DNA of 64,000 nucleotides from Camelus ferus (GCF_009834535.1 NC_045696.1:23562001-23626000), one strand, 5' to 3'. Shown: positions 40,581 to 55,259, numbered from the stretch's first letter. The notes: a model not told the origin generated them from the letters alone. Numbers and translations are program-made.

Positions 40581-43500
40581 CTTAAGCAATGGGGAGAAAA
40601 TGATGGGGAAAAAATACAGTATTAATTTAGTCTATATTCTAGGAAATAGCATACTATAAACTAAGGATTTTAATTAATTAAGCTCTGGATAATATATTTG
40701 GGGAAGTAATATTTAATGCTAAATTTACTCAAGTGGAAGTTACTTTTCTTTAAGAACACAGCAGTGGCAATGCCAACAAATCAAGAGATATGCAGCCTTT
40801 TATTCTCAGAAAAAGGCAATTTCAAACACATAAAGACAGTATTACATATTAAAAATGTTAAATTATGTTTCAACAAATTAGAGGAGAGGTTTAGTGCCAG
40901 GACTATAGCACCTAGGTAAGTTTCGCTGTATTAAATACATATTTACAATACAATGACTAGTTTTTATAACACTTACTTTGAATCATCAAGAAAACATTAA
41001 AAAACTGAAAAAACTGCACTTTTACTTCTCTAACCATTAATTTCCTTTTCTATAAAAAAGGATTAAGTTAATCTATGGTTCCTTTTAGTTCTAGAGATCT
41101 GTAATTCTATGACAGCTGAATGAAGAGAATATTTCTATGTTCACTTCTTTATCCAAAAGTCTGCCTAGGGAAAAGCCTAGCTAAATAAATATCTACATAT
41201 AAGAATAATAAAAGATTAACCTCTTAAAAATCAACTCACCTACAGAATATCTGAAAATACATCAACTAACACGGCAAGAGTGTGCTACTTTGCTTAGTGG
41301 TATTTTTCTTAATTTTAAGCATGTAACAACATGCTGGAAAAGCCTGATTCCCACAGATAGACTAACCATGCATTTTGCCTGCTCAAGATATGTGTTACTT
41401 ACTATTCTAAATAAGCATAAATAATAGCCAGGTTATCTCACTCCGTTTTGTGTTCATTATAAAAACCTGAGCAAAAGTGAGTCTTTTAACTTCTTGGCTT
41501 TTTGAGAAAACTGCATTTGTGCTACACCATCTTTATGCTAAAGATTTTGCTCTATCACATTAATATGAAAATAACATAGCTATCTTCCTTAATCATGAGG
41601 GAAAAGTAAATTATTCTTTCATCCCTAACTTTATAACATGAGATTAGATTCAATGCATTAGATTCCAAACTATTACTTAAAATAACTTATGTGAATATAA
41701 GATAAAGTCTTTCTTTGGGAATCAGTAAAACCACATGCTGAAAAAGAAAACAGGAAACGTGATACATTAAAATGTAAATATCAAAGTAAACTCACATGTA
41801 AAAATAAACAGTTTACACCTCTGTCATTTTAAGGAGTAATCCAACATCAGCAGCAGCACTCTTTGCCCAAATACCAATTTCACACATGCAACCTGAACCT
41901 CTGGCGGCTTTTTCTCTTACATCACTTACCACAAAAGATACCAGAACTCCTTGGAAGGTATCTAGATGAGTTGGGGCATAAAAAAATCAGCATTCACCTA
42001 GAACATCCCACTGTTACCAGAAACAAATTTTTAAGAACATAAAAGGGAGATAAGGCAACTTGAGAGACTTCCTACTGTTCAAGTTGTACAGAGTTCAGCA
42101 ATAATATAATAACAATAACAACAACAACAACAACAATAAACTGGGAGAAATTAAATTTGTACAAGGTGATACTTCAAAAGAGAAAAGTTAACACATAGTA
42201 TACAAAAGGTAACTATAACAAAAGGTAAATATAACACCAAAATCTGTTTTCTATAAAAAGGTATCTATTTATTGACTTTATAAATGGGAGTGTTTTCATT
42301 TGAAAAGTTTGTTCCTTTTGTAACATATGTGTATTAAGGGGTATAAATAAAGGAACCTTATTTCTACATTGGTAATCAGAAGTGAATGAACTAAAACAAG
42401 CAATGAGTTCTGGGAAAAGCAGCAACAATACCCTTAACAAGAAAGAAGAACTAGCATCAGTGGTCATGTGTAAGAGATAGAAGAGGCACCCAGCAATTGA
42501 CTAGCATTGTTGGGCATGTACAATAACCATTGAAAAAGAGGATTCTACAGTATATTCCAAAAGTATAAACTGGTCAAAAGTCAAGGAGAACTACACTCAA
42601 TCCTAAATCTCCTAGGTGGATGATCCTCTAGTATTATGTATTTTTAAGCTAATCATAATAAAATACTAATAAGAAATGAACCCTTCTTAATGTTAACACA
42701 TCAGATCACATATATCATGACCAGGCAATGGGGCACACAGACATTAGTTATGGAAAACTTAGGAATACCTGATTTCTACAAAATACACCCAGTCTGCAAA
42801 ATTTAAAATCTGTTTATGTCACATAAAGTTAATAACAAAATGAGACTCAGCCTCAAGACCACATTGAGTAAAACTAGGTCTCATGTTCCCCAAAAGTGTT
42901 AACAACCTACCCCAAATCTATGATATAGACAGCCCTGAAATGATATATATTCTTCTTATCCTAGATCTAGTTAAGATTATAAAAACCAGAAGTATTTTTC
43001 TAATGTTTCAATATAGGAAATTCTAACATCCTTCTCTTCAGATCCCTCCCACCAAGAAAGCATACCTCTTGATTTTTATGTTGTATGGAAACATTACATT
43101 AAATGTGCTGAAATAACATAAGCGTTTTAGTTCCCTTCTCTACTCTTGGGAGAACGGATGGCCTCAAATGTACCTCTAGGACCAAGCAGCTTCCCTGCAG
43201 TTTGTTATACTATTCCACAAAGGAAACTGGGAGGTAAAGAAAGTCAAGGATATAAACTAAAGACACCATCTCCCCAATACTCCTATACACCTTTCCTTAT
43301 AGAGGTAAGATTAGGTACAAATTGTTAATAACTGAGTAGGGCTCAAGACATACATACATGCTCAATGCTCCTCAAAGTGACCTAAGATAGAAAATTTTTG
43401 AAAAGTAGCCACTTCCTAAATCCTATTTATTCTTGGCATGTGTATATACATAATTAAATGTATAAAATTAAATATGCACATAACAATTCAGTCATATGGT

Positions 43501-44619
43501 AGATGTATTATAATAAAAGTATGGATTTTAAAGAAGTAGATTTATTATAATATTCTTTAACCATAATATAGTATGGTAGAACTATGGTACTAAAAAATGG
43601 TGGATGAAAGAATGCCGTGATTTTGTGAGCTCCTTGATTTAGAGCTTATAATATACTGAGATTTTTTTTTTTTATTATTATTACCAGGGACGTACAGCAT
43701 GCTTCAGTAGGTTTCCTTTTATCATCTCCTTCTTTCAATTAAAGGACTTTATAAACTCCTTTATTACATGGCACAAAATTATTAATCAGTCTCTCCCACC
43801 AGCATCTGGAGGGTAGGAACATGGACTTATTTCATCCCTAGAGCATGCACCATAACTACTAAGGACTAAACAAGTGTTTGAAACAAATGGGTGATTAAAA
43901 TATTAGATGTTACTACCGCTTTGGGGTTTTTTGTTTTGGGGGGGGGGTTTTTGGGGCAAAAGTCCAACCTCTAGCCCAAATAGGAGCCCTCCATTTCAAA
44001 GCCCTTGACCCTTTCTATATTCCAGTACTAGCATAATAAATATAAACTTTCTATAAAGCCACATCCTCATAAGGGTTCCTTCCCTGGCCTCACTAAAGTA
44101 AAGCCAATGATTCTACCCAGACTTTACAGTGTAAAGTATGCAATAGCTACATTCCAGATATTAAGGCATGCCAGTAGAGAGAGAGAGAGTTCATACTGCA
44201 AATCTCAGAGCTCAGAAATAGCTTTAACAAAATGCAGCACACCAAGAAAGGCAACCCCAACCGTCACAAATCAAAAACCAACCCCAACCACAATCACCTT
44301 ATCTTCCCAACACTAGTCATAACCATGGCATTCAACAATAAAGAAAGATGACAAAATGTTTTGCTGTCTCTCTTCCTTCCACACACTATACTGAATCTTT
44401 AAAGCACTTACGGTATATGTTCACGTTCCCAGTAAAATGTTATTGTACTGATTTAGAGGATTTTTTTTTGCTTATTTTATTTTGTTATTTAAATTGCATT
44501 ATAGCAGGGAGGGAGGGTGGATGGATGGAAGAAAGGGAGGATTTCCTTAAAAAAACAAAAATCTACTGGTATTATGACTGGGATCACACTAAACTCCTAA
44601 GTCAATATAAGGAGATCTG

Positions 44620-45520
44620 ACCAGTTTTATAAGGTTCAGTCCTCCAATTTGTGAAATACAATATATTACCAATTATTTCCATATTCATTAATGTGTCTCA
44701 ATGATGCTTACTAATTTTCTTCTTGGAAGTTTTTGCACATTTCTTATTAGATTTATTCCTGGTCTTTATAGTTTAGAGTTATAAATGGTAGTTTTTTAAA
44801 ATTTTCTCCTTATCATTCTTTCTTATACATAAAAAAATATAATTTTTGTAATGTTGATTATCAATTAACATAGCTAGATACATTTTTCCTGATAAGAGTA
44901 TTTTATTGAGATATAATATACAAATCTTAAATGTATAGTTCAGTGAAATTTTTACCATGTAACCACCATGCAAATCAAGATACAGAAAATTACTATTATT
45001 CCAGAAAATTTTCTTATATCCTTTTTCAACAGTGTCCTGTCCAGTCCTCAGATAATCAACATTCTGATACCATAAATTACTTCTGCCTGTCCTTAAATAT
45101 CACATAAATGGAATCACACAGCAGTTACTCTTTTGTGTCAAATATTTTTCACTCAACGTGTTATTCTGCGGATCCCTTCACATTTTTTAAAAAATGTTTA
45201 ATGTTTTTAGAAAATGGTTTCTATTACATTGCTTAGTATTCCACCATGTGAATATACTATTGTTTACCAACCTGCTCTTATACATATTTGGTTGCTTACA
45301 GGTTTTAGTTATTATTAATAAAGGCACTATGCACTCCTTTCTCGAAGGTCTATATCCAGGAGTGGAAATACTAAGTCATAGAATAGTATTATTAGAAATT
45401 CCCAGTTTTCCAAAATGGCTATACCAGTATACACTCTAACCAACATTATATGACACTTCCAGTTGCTCTGCATGCTTGCCAATACTTGGTACTGTCAGTC
45501 TTTTTCATTTTAGTGTTGGA
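44620..45520 (-). mobile_element. Old L1 fragments (ORF2 piece followed by an L1MC/ME-like 3' end)
   Basis: Contains cacatttcttattagatttattcct, ttttattgagatataatatacaaatcttaaatgtatagttcagtga and cagttttccaaaatggctatacca. Confidence 0.7.
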
Positions 45521-45599
45521 TAGTGGTGGCTCTTCTCTAATTAGGTGACTCAGTCAAACTTGTACCACACAGATTATCACTAGTGCTAGCAATCTATCA

Positions 45600-46200
45600 T
45601 ATCCAATAAGGCAACTTGCCCACAATTGTATACTGACTACAAATGAAGGAACTCTGTGTTTCTGACACAGAGGCTACCAGTGCATGCTAGACATGTAACA
45701 CCTGCCAAAAGCTGACCTTTTTCTTGTGGTGAGGAAGGCCGCATTGTATTGGATGTGGCTCTTGCCCACTCCTAGTAGACTGACTACACTGGACGTTCAA
45801 CCACTTCCCAATCCTCACTCTAGGATTGTCCCTTCTTAGGGACTATCAGTGGTTTCTCATCATTATCACTTTTTCCAGTTACAGTGTTGCTGTTCTACTC
45901 TGATCAGCCAATTCTGGCCACACTTCTGTGGCCCTTGAAACTAATGTTCCATTATTTTCAATTTTTCCAGACAACTTGTGATCTGACAATGATGTACCTT
46001 TTATCATAAAAGCCACTCAAAAATGGAATGATAGTCAAAGCACTGCATGGACCTCTATGCTCCCTACCATCCATGGGCATCTGATATTACTGAGCCTTAA
46101 AATTATCCTTACAAATCAACTTAAAAAGATTTGTAATTGACTCCCTCACTTATTCTGGTTCCACACATCTTAAGGCAGTTTCCCCTCATGGCTGCTTCCA
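45600..46200 (+). mobile_element. Degenerate ERVL/class-III-like retroviral integrase remnant
   Basis: Broken-frame translation gives, in integrase order: TCNTCQK (CxxC), GRIVLDVALAHS**TDYTG (cf. WQVDYIGP), ITFSSY (cf. DTYSGY), SDNDVPFIIKATQKW (cf. SDQGTHF) and APYHPWASDITE (cf. PYHPQAAGLIER). Confidence 0.7.
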
Positions 46201-46759
46201 AGATTAACAATCAGGATAAAAAGAGTGAGAGCTACAGAGACCTATTTTAAAACTTCAGAATTCTGCCCCAACCATTGCTGGACATGTTGCTTTTTTGTTT
46301 CCCTAATGGCCACTCTAGATTGTCTTGGTTAGTAAATCCCCCAGATGGCTCCCAAACTTAATTCCAATTCAGACACCTAGATTTCCTTGTAAGACTGAAT
46401 GGCCTTAGAGTGTAAAAATAATGATTACTTGGTTGAGTACACTGCTCACGCAGTTCCTCTACGGTGGCCCATGTAGGCCAAAGTGGGAGGCACAATGAGT
46501 CGAGGTAAATTTTATAAAAATGCTATTGTTTCCCTCGTACCTGCCCTTCGGAATGAAAGGTCACGTGCAAGAAGGAAATAACTGGGAAAAAAGTAAAGTG
46601 ACAACTAGTAGAATGGGACACATGGATTTTGCAGCAGTGGAGGCAGTACAACCCCGGCATATCTGTGTGTATAGGGGACGTTAGATACGGAAACATGAGG
46701 AACACTAATAATCTTCGTCTTTCGGAACTGATCGTGGAGCCTTAATGACAGAGAAAAAT

Positions 46760-47880
46760 GCCCTGGTGAGACTAAACCACACACTTTTACTGAGTATAGA
46801 ATTCTGATAGTTACTGTCCTTCCATTTGTTGAAAATCATTATTTTCATATGCCTTACTGATGCTGATGTGTCAATTTGTCACTTTCACTAATTTTAGGAT
46901 AACTCTACCTTTTTTCTTGGAGTACTTTTAAGACTGTTTCAGTCCTAAGTGTTCTGGAGTATCACTATAATGAATTACAGTGTGGGTTACTTAATTTTTC
47001 TGAAATTTGTCAGACTTAGCGAAATAAGTTTTCTTTTCACTTCTAAAAATTCTGTGATTCTCTCTTTAAATTTTGCCTCTGATCCACTTCTTCCTCTACT
47101 GTAACACCAATTAATGAATGTTAGACGTACTCATTTTATTCTCCATGTTGTTCAACCTTTCTCTGTATTTATCTTATTTGTTACAGGTTGGATAATTTCT
47201 TCTCATATATCTTACATTCTACTAATATGTTCTTTAGCTGCTTCTAATCTATTAAACCTGTGTTTTGTTTTCCTTTCTTTTCCACTTTAGTAATTCCTAT
47301 GTTCATTTCCAGAAGATATTTTCAGTTCTTTTGCAAGTTGAGATTCACTGAACCACTTTATTTGAAAGTGATACAAATTGCAGCTGCACAATCATGGTAT
47401 CACTTCTCAGGGACAGATCTCATCACCTCCAACAGCACTCCTCAGAGCCAAGGCAACTATCTCTGCAGTGTTCTAGAGGTTGGCGAGGGGAGACTTCTGA
47501 TTTACCCTTATTGTGAATGTCATCCACTGACATAATCACTTTATGAGGGAAATGATTTCCTATTAAAGCTCCCCATCTAACATAGACAATGACATTTGCC
47601 TTTTCCCCACATCCCACATTCAACAAGGACATCAAAATCAAAGTTCAAGTTTATACACAAAGGATATTTCATCATGTCAAAAAGTGAATTTCAGTGTTCC
47701 AAGCTTACTTCTTTGGGTTCCTGCTTTCACTTTGGTTTATTCTGATTATAGTCCCTATTATCTTAACAGTTCTGTAATACTTTCAAGAGATCTTACAAAA
47801 ATTTTATACCCAACAGAAACAATACATTCTGGTTGTTCCCACTACAAAATGTGTTTTCATCTACTATATTTCTTGAAATA
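46760..47880 (-). mobile_element. Ancient L1M/HAL1-like ORF1 region remnant
   Basis: T-rich, with tctctttaaattttgcctctg...acaccaattaatgaatgttagac, similar in layout to 36600-36900. Confidence 0.45.
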
Positions 47881-48436
47881 GTTGGAGGTGTGCTCCTTCT
47901 AACAATTTTATCTAGAACCTAGCCCTAGCTCTACCCAAATAATTCAAAGCTATTTCATGAGGCAAGTGATTTTCACAATATGCCAGACACAAACTGACCA
48001 ACCACAGGCAGTTTATTAACAAATTTCAAGTATCCACACTCTACCTGTTCCCTGTTTGAGCAGTGATACGTAAGAGATAATGATAAAAAAGTACATCCAA
48101 TCCTGACATTAAGGAGTAATTAATATTAAGACGTATACTTTAAATATGTTCAACTTAAAAAATTTTACCATGAAATTTACAGATGTCTAAATACAGGATT
48201 GTAAGACATGAAAAGATAGGTTTTATCTCTTCCAATTATACACAATTAACATAGTATTCCAAATGTATAAATTCAAGTTAAAAGTATGTCTACTGAAATA
48301 TAACCACAGTCAAGTGATTCTAGGATTTTACTTGGCAAGACTTTGTCATCTGAACTTAGGTAATGAGTAAATTGTTAAATTTACTTTAAGCATAAAATAA
48401 AAATGTTTTTCTTAAAAAATTCATCATTTCCCTTTT

Positions 48437-48496
48437 GAATTTAGACTCCAAACCCTTAATAAAACCGAATTTAGACTCCAAACCCTTAATAAAACC
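48437..48496 (+). repeat. Perfect 30-bp tandem duplication
   Basis: gaatttagactccaaacccttaataaaacc, two identical copies. Confidence 0.95.
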
Positions 48497-49964
48497 CACT
48501 GGAATTTTTTATTTGTCTAATGTTTAATGAGAATTCTCATATTCTCTTATTTCTAATGTGTTTATTTACTGCACATTTTGCATTTAACATTTTTGTTAAC
48601 TGTTTATTATAAAATCTACACATACCAATAAAAAAATTACATTTTCAACAGTAAATTAATATGACTTTTTACTTGTACAATGTATAATTTTATGTAAAAT
48701 CTTAAATCATATTTCAATATGTCAATCTCCATAATGTTATCTATAATAAAATCATCTATAACAAATTTACTATTTTAAGATTACATTAAAATTAAAAGAT
48801 CAAAACTAAAAAAGTGCATTATCTTAAAGAAATTTTTTTCCATTTTGGACAAAAATTACTATCTTAAAAAATATGCAACATATACTGAACGTAATCAAGA
48901 TTAGGAATAGTCTTAATTCCTCGACTTTAAAGTTCTTTTTTTACTTATTCTCTAATTAGTACATGTTGTTTTAATTAGAAAACACATGATGTAGAACTAC
49001 TAATATTATTTGGTACGTAAGCCTCCAGACTTTTTTCTATTTGTATACTAATACAAATTCATATACACAAGAACATACATACACTTTCAAAAATATTTGT
49101 ATCATAGTATATACTCTATTTTATAACTTCTTTCTCATATAATAGATCATCTTTCTCCTTAAATACAAATTCAACTAATGTATTTCATGTTTAAAATATT
49201 TCTCATCGAAGCTTAAGTATTATCAAATTTTATAATTATTCAAGACAATTATTTCATTCCAATCCATTTTTATAAGACAAAAGCTAACTTTATAATTTCT
49301 CCAAATCCTTCACAAAATAAACCTAACTAAAATGTCTAAAAAGAGTGTATGCACTTTTGGTTTTCATTTAAAATTACTGGCATTAGATAATACTAGCCAC
49401 AAATAAAGAGAACAATGGATTTTAATTAAGATACCTTAATATCTTACAAAGCAGTTTCCAAAGTAATATTTAAAGACATTAAAAAATATTGCTATGAAAA
49501 ATCATGTGCCTTTGCTAAACAGAGCATTTTGAGACATCTCCTAATATACGGTAACCTCAGATTACTTAGAAAGAAATATACTACCGATACTGCGCCAAGG
49601 GAAATTATCTGAGAAAGCTGGTACATTCTGTTACCAAACAACTCCGTTAAAGGAAAAAGAACCCTGGAGTCATAAGACTCATCTTCACTGTGTATCTCTG
49701 AAAAATCATTTAACCTCTTACAAGATAAATTTCTTATTCAGTAAGATAAAGCTACCACTGCCTCCAAAGGGTTGTTCAGAAGATTATAGTTATAGTTTAA
49801 AGGTTTTTTTAAATCAAATTTATTTGATCCTTTGGTGGATCAAATTGTTTCAAACTAAAAAGTTTTGGTTAATAAATCAAAATATGCATTTTATCACACA
49901 TCTTGGAATCTTGCCTATTTCTTAAAAAAAAAAACAACTATAAATATGCTATCATATTATAGAT

Positions 49965-50187
49965 CAGAGGTTAGCAAAAGATGGCCCATGGGCCAAATCC
50001 AGATGGCAGCCTGTTTTTGTAAATCAAGATTTATTGGAACACAGCCAAACTCATTAAATTATGTATTATCTATGGCTGCTTTCACACTGCAACACCAGAG
50101 TTAAGTGACTACAACAGAAACCATATGGCCAACAAAGCCTAAAGTATTTACTACTGGCCCCTTACAGAAAAAGTCTGCTGACCCCTG
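49965..50187. mobile_element. MER58A-like hAT-Charlie non-autonomous DNA transposon
   Basis: Terminal inverted repeats cagaggttagcaaa / tctgctgacccctg; internal atggcccatgggccaaatcc and tatttactactggccccttacagaaaaag. Confidence 0.85.
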
Positions 50188-50512
50188 CTATAAGTAACTA
50201 TAAATTGAATCGGACAATGCATCCAAAAGGGATTAGGGTGACAAAAGAAAATTAAAAAAAATTAAAATATACACCTAAATTCAATGCCCCAAGATGCCAC
50301 TCCAAAGTCCTAAAAATCTAAGGTTCAAACGCAATGGGGTCTAGAATATAAAAATTTTGGTTAAATAAAACATAAAAACAATACTGAAGTTTATTAATAG
50401 TTTATTTAGAATAGCAAAGTGTATCTTTGTGCCTCTTAAAATTAATTAAACCCAATTATTATTGCTACTGTAAATAGTACTTACATCTACTTTATACAAA
50501 TTACGTTTTTAC

Positions 50513-50636
50513 CTGCTAATGGCTTGCTCCTCATCAGTTATTCCAGTCTCCCTGAATGCCCTGTTTGATTCCGCCAAACTCAAGGCAATTGCTCTCTGAA
50601 GATCATCTTTATCATCTCCAGTGAGATCAATCACAT
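50513..50636 (-). CDS. USP25: USP25 coding exon 4 equivalent, 124 nt, SIM (VIDLT) and UIM1
   Basis: tttcag|ATGTGATT...ATTAGCAG|gtaaaa. Translates (N)[40 protein letters not shown](R); phase 1 to 2. Confidence 0.96.
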
Positions 50637-52309
50637 CTGAAAAGCAAAAACTATTTTTCTCAAAATCAAAAGTTAAACAAGATGAAAGGTAATTCTAATC
50701 ATGGAGATTTGATACCCGATATACCTTTTCAAATCAAAGTCAGCATTAACTTATTTCTGTATAAGAGCCTCTCTGAAGAGAATGCAGACACATTTTAAAT
50801 CAGTTATACTTTGAAACAATGTTCTTCTCTATAAAGCACACCTAAAGTAATAAGAGGATAAGCATTTTTCATTAAAGAGGAATCTCAATATTTACTAAGT
50901 CTCTGATTAAAAACTAGTAAGCAGAAAGACTGCTAAAAACAGGTTCTTTATCAACAAAAATTTAAATCAACATAATTAAACACTTACATTTATGCTCTCT
51001 GAACTTAACCCAAATACATACACATTACATTTCATCCATACAATGGTAGATATTACCTATCAAAGTGTAATAGTTAACTGAGCGCTCAAAAATGGTTTAT
51101 TTCTATTTATTTATTTATTTTTATTTATATACACTTTTTTTTTTAAGTCTAGAAGAATGTATAAAACTGTTAACAGTGGTTAATTTTGATGAGGAGGGTT
51201 ATGGGAGAAAGAAGTATAAGGATCTTTCAGCTTTCTATTTTCTACCATGCAGACCTTTTAACTTAAAAAAGTTTTCTTTTCACACACAAAAAAATACAAA
51301 TAACACTAGTTCCTTTTGTTAAAATAAAATTAAAGTCTTGATGCTTCAAATATTCTTTTTCCAAACATTAAAGGCTACAACTATCACCTTTAGAAAAATT
51401 CTTTTTTATTCCAGTTCCCCATTATACATCAATTTCTTTAACCCAAAAGATGTCAATAATAGCCCTATTATCATTTAAACAAGGACGGATCATAACACAT
51501 TGGTAAGAAGATTATAAAATAACAGGATAAGAAAGAGACAGGATAGCTGTCACTACCCTATCTTTGCATAGTTAGGATTACACTTGTTGGTATTTTAGCC
51601 AAGTTTTATATATATTTTGTTTATTTATATTGAGACATGTGAAAATTATTTTGTTCTTTGTAATCTTAGAATTTTCCAAGAGGGAAATAAATAAAAAGGG
51701 GTAGGGGACGGGAGATAAGGTGCCTGCATTTTACCATCTGGCTATAGGGTTATATATAACTACTTGAAAAAAGTATTTCATACTTAGTAAGATATAATGT
51801 ATATTTATAGTTTCAAAAGTCTACTTCTATTGTTATTTACACTTTTTTCCTCCAATAAAGTAGCTTCTAAGAATATATAAAACATTAAAAATAACAGTTG
51901 GCCATGGAAGATTTTTTTTTAATGCTCTCAGAGAGCATAGTAAAATCTCATAAAAATGTAATAAGCAGAGTCCAAAAATTCAATCAAGTAAAATGCAGAA
52001 CAGAGGTATACAGCAATTGAAATGATGGAGCATGCCGACATGTATCAGCAGGCCAATGGTTTCCTAAGTCTGGTTTACAAGATCCAAGTCCACCTAGATC
52101 ACAGCTGTAGATGGGTCTCACATGGGTGTAGTCATCCATTCCAGCTGAAATAATGGTAAAGAAGCTAGGACTACAGAGGCCTGAAATGGCTTCATAAAAA
52201 TGAGAACTATTTTGGTCATTAAATAATGACTAGAACTTTGGTGAGTAAAGAGACAATAATGGAATTAAAGAAAATAACTTAAAAATCACAAAGAAGCAGA
52301 AAAACAGGT

Positions 52310-52975
52310 TTTAGGGACAATATCAATTAGCCCTCAGATTCCATTCTCTCAAATGCTGAGTGTGCTTTCTTCAAATACAGAAGCTGGAAAGATTAAAACA
52401 AACAACAAACCTATTTTCCTGATTCACTTACAGTTATGGTTCTAGATAAAATTTAGGTTCCACCAATCGGATGCACTAGTATGAGATTTGGAAGGCACAA
52501 ATTAGTGGGAGCCACTATCCTGCTGTTTTTGGCTGTTTTTTCCAGCATGATAAAACAGATGCAGGCTGTTCCACAGCATCAATCCAATATCCAATTCCCA
52601 GCTTCAGGGACATCACGAGATAGACTAGAAGTGGTAACTAGACTCTGCATTCCAGTGTCCAGGCGTGGCTTAGCGGCAGTTACCTAATCCTGGCAGCGTG
52701 TTCCCCGGGCTGCAGCTACAGAGCCATGTGCTTGTGCTCTACAGTCCAACAGGCAGCCTCCTAATTCCCTAGCTTCCTGACTGGCAGAGGGAGTAGTTTC
52801 CCTGGCTGGCCTGTCATGCAAGAATATGGAAGTCATTTTAGAAGGCTGAGCTAGAGATCCCTCCTCCAGTGCTTCCAGTGGGTCTTTTTTTTTTTTTTTT
52901 AAGAACCTATTCCCCTGTATTAAATTTCTTCTTTGAAACTAGAGTGTTTACTGTTTTCATGACTGACAAGTAAAC
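52310..52975 (+). mobile_element. LTR33-like ERVL solo LTR
   Basis: Contains ttaggttccaccaatcggatgcactagtatgagatttggaaggca and, near the 3' end, ttcccctgtattaaatttcttctttgaaactagagtg. Confidence 0.65.
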
Positions 52976-53199
52976 CAAACCGGCTAGAACAGATACTCAT
53001 TTAGAAATAGCATCAAGTTATACTTAGAGCTTTTCATAATTTAGCAATTGTAACTCAAGCAACACAAAAGCAAAACACAAGGCAAAATAACTGAAACTGT
53101 GAGAAATGAAGTTTAACATCATAAGAATAAAAAATGGTGAACAGGCTTCAAATTTAAGTCTTCTAATTATTAAACCCAGTGGTCTCTCTTCCACATTAG

Positions 53200-54040
53200 C
53201 AGTTCTCCAAGTGTAGTTCATGGATCTCTGGGGGTCCCCAATGATCCTATGAGGAAAGAGGTTCCTTAAGTAAAAAATATCCTCATAATAATACAAGATG
53301 TTATTTGCCTTTCCTACTGTGGTCAGCTTTGCAGTGATGATGGAAAACAACAATGTATAAAAACCACTGCACCTTAGCACAAATCAAGTCAGTAGCACTA
53401 AGTTACGTGAGCAACTCATTATATTACTCACAACTGTGCACACCTAAATTCAAACAACAAAAAGCTAGTCTCTCCTAAATCCTTGATAAAAAGAAGTTAA
53501 TTTTATTAAATCTCAAACATGGTTTTACATGTTCTTTTAATTCTATGTACAAAACAGGAAGTATTCTGCTATGCAGCCAAAGCACACAGTTGTTAAAGGA
53601 AAAACACCAGTACCGTATTTGAGCCGCAAGCTGAACTGGATGACTTCTCATGGAGCACTATTTTTACTTGAAAGGACAACTGACAAACTACGAACTATGG
53701 TTATTTAGACTTCAGTATGTGGTAGACATCGTCTCAAAAATAAAGTGAGCCTATCATTTGAAAGACAAATGAGCATATCTGTTGCCAATGATTAGTATGG
53801 AATTTTCAAGCAAAAATCAGAACTTTGGAAAACTTGTTGCCACCGCTGAGTTTGATATCTTCCCAATACTAAAGGCTTTTCTGGTGAAATAAAGTGACAA
53901 CAACAATTTCAATCTGTTTTATAATGTCGACATTCTTCCAACATTTGAAGGGAAACCTTTTCCAAATTACCAAAGCATGGTGTTATTAAATCACACATGG
54001 GCAAACAATCCATTCAAAGAGCAAGGTAGGCCAATAAAGA
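53200..54040. mobile_element. Charlie1-like hAT DNA transposon, interrupted at about 54041 by an LTR
   Basis: Terminus cagttctccaagtgtagttcatgga...gggggtcccc; internal tttgagccgcaagctgaactgg, actatggttatttagactt and ccattcaaagagcaaggtaggccaat. Confidence 0.7.
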
Positions 54041-54840
54041 TGCTAGGAGCATCTTTTGTTCTAATATTGGTCTCTGACCCAATTCCTGACACAGAGTGCC
54101 CATTATCACTTGGCATTTCCTATATGACAGAAGCATCTTTCGTCCTAAGAAGGTGACTCTGGGGGGGTTTCTGTATAGCTTCAGGGTAGACACTGATCAA
54201 CAGAAAGACTAAATCATGATGATAAGACTGGAACTCTGAGCTCCACCTCCCATCCTACAGAGAGATATGAGACTGGAGATTAAGTTAATTATGGATCAGG
54301 CCTACCTGATGAAACCTCCATAAAAATCCCTATAGGATGAGGTTTGGCGGTATCCAGGTTAGCGAACATATCCCACATGCCGGGAGGGTGGTGCGTCCCA
54401 ACTCTACAGGACAGAAACTTCTGTGCTTGGGATCCTTCCAGACCTTGCTCTTATACCTCTTCATCTGTATCCTTTATCACAGCCTTTGTTATGGAAGAAA
54501 CCAGTATTTGTTTCTCTGAGTTCTGTGAGCCATTAAAGCAAATTACTAAACTTGAGGAGGGAGTCATGGAAACCTCTGATTTGTAAGCCAAGTCAGACAG
54601 AATGTGGGTAACTGGGGACCCATTACTTATGACTGGCATCTAAGGTGGGGGCAATCTTGTGGGACTGAGAATTAACCTGTGGGGTCTGATGCTAACTCCA
54701 GGTAGATGGTGTCAAAACTGAACTGAATTGGATACCCAGCTAGTGGCAGAGAATAAGTCCAGTGTGAGGAAAAAACTCCACATATCTGGTGTCAGAAGTA
54801 CTATGCGTATGAGTGGAGGAAGAAACAAGCAATAACAGTC
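54041..54840 (+). mobile_element. MER21-like solo LTR
   Basis: Contains gatgaaacctccataaaaatccct, gggagggtggtgcgtcccaactctacaggacagaa, ttctctgagttctgtgagcc and ctaactccaggtagatggtgtcaaaactgaactgaatt. Confidence 0.75.
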
Positions 54841-55259
54841 TTTAATGCTAGAAAAGTTAGCTGACCCACACTATCAATCCTTAACTGAATAGCTGGGACT
54901 TTTTCCTTTAAGTAATGGAGCAGGTATATTTATTATTTATAGTTTCACTACAATTACAATAATTTTCTCCATGATGCTTCCATTTCTTTATAAAGCTTCT
55001 TCTTCCCACAGGATATTTCAGAATAAAACAGCATCTTGAAAGAAGGCTATCATAACCTACTCTTACACCAAATACATATAATTTTAAGACCAAATATTAA
55101 GAAAGTAAAATGTTATTTTAATAGAATGTTTAACCCTGAATTTTTTCTTTTTCTGGAGTTTAGTGGAATAATTTCTGTAAAACGTGTAATGAGCTATCAA
55201 TTTCACAATGAAAACTAGTCCTCTACCATTTTCTTATATGCTTATTCAAAAAGGAACAG

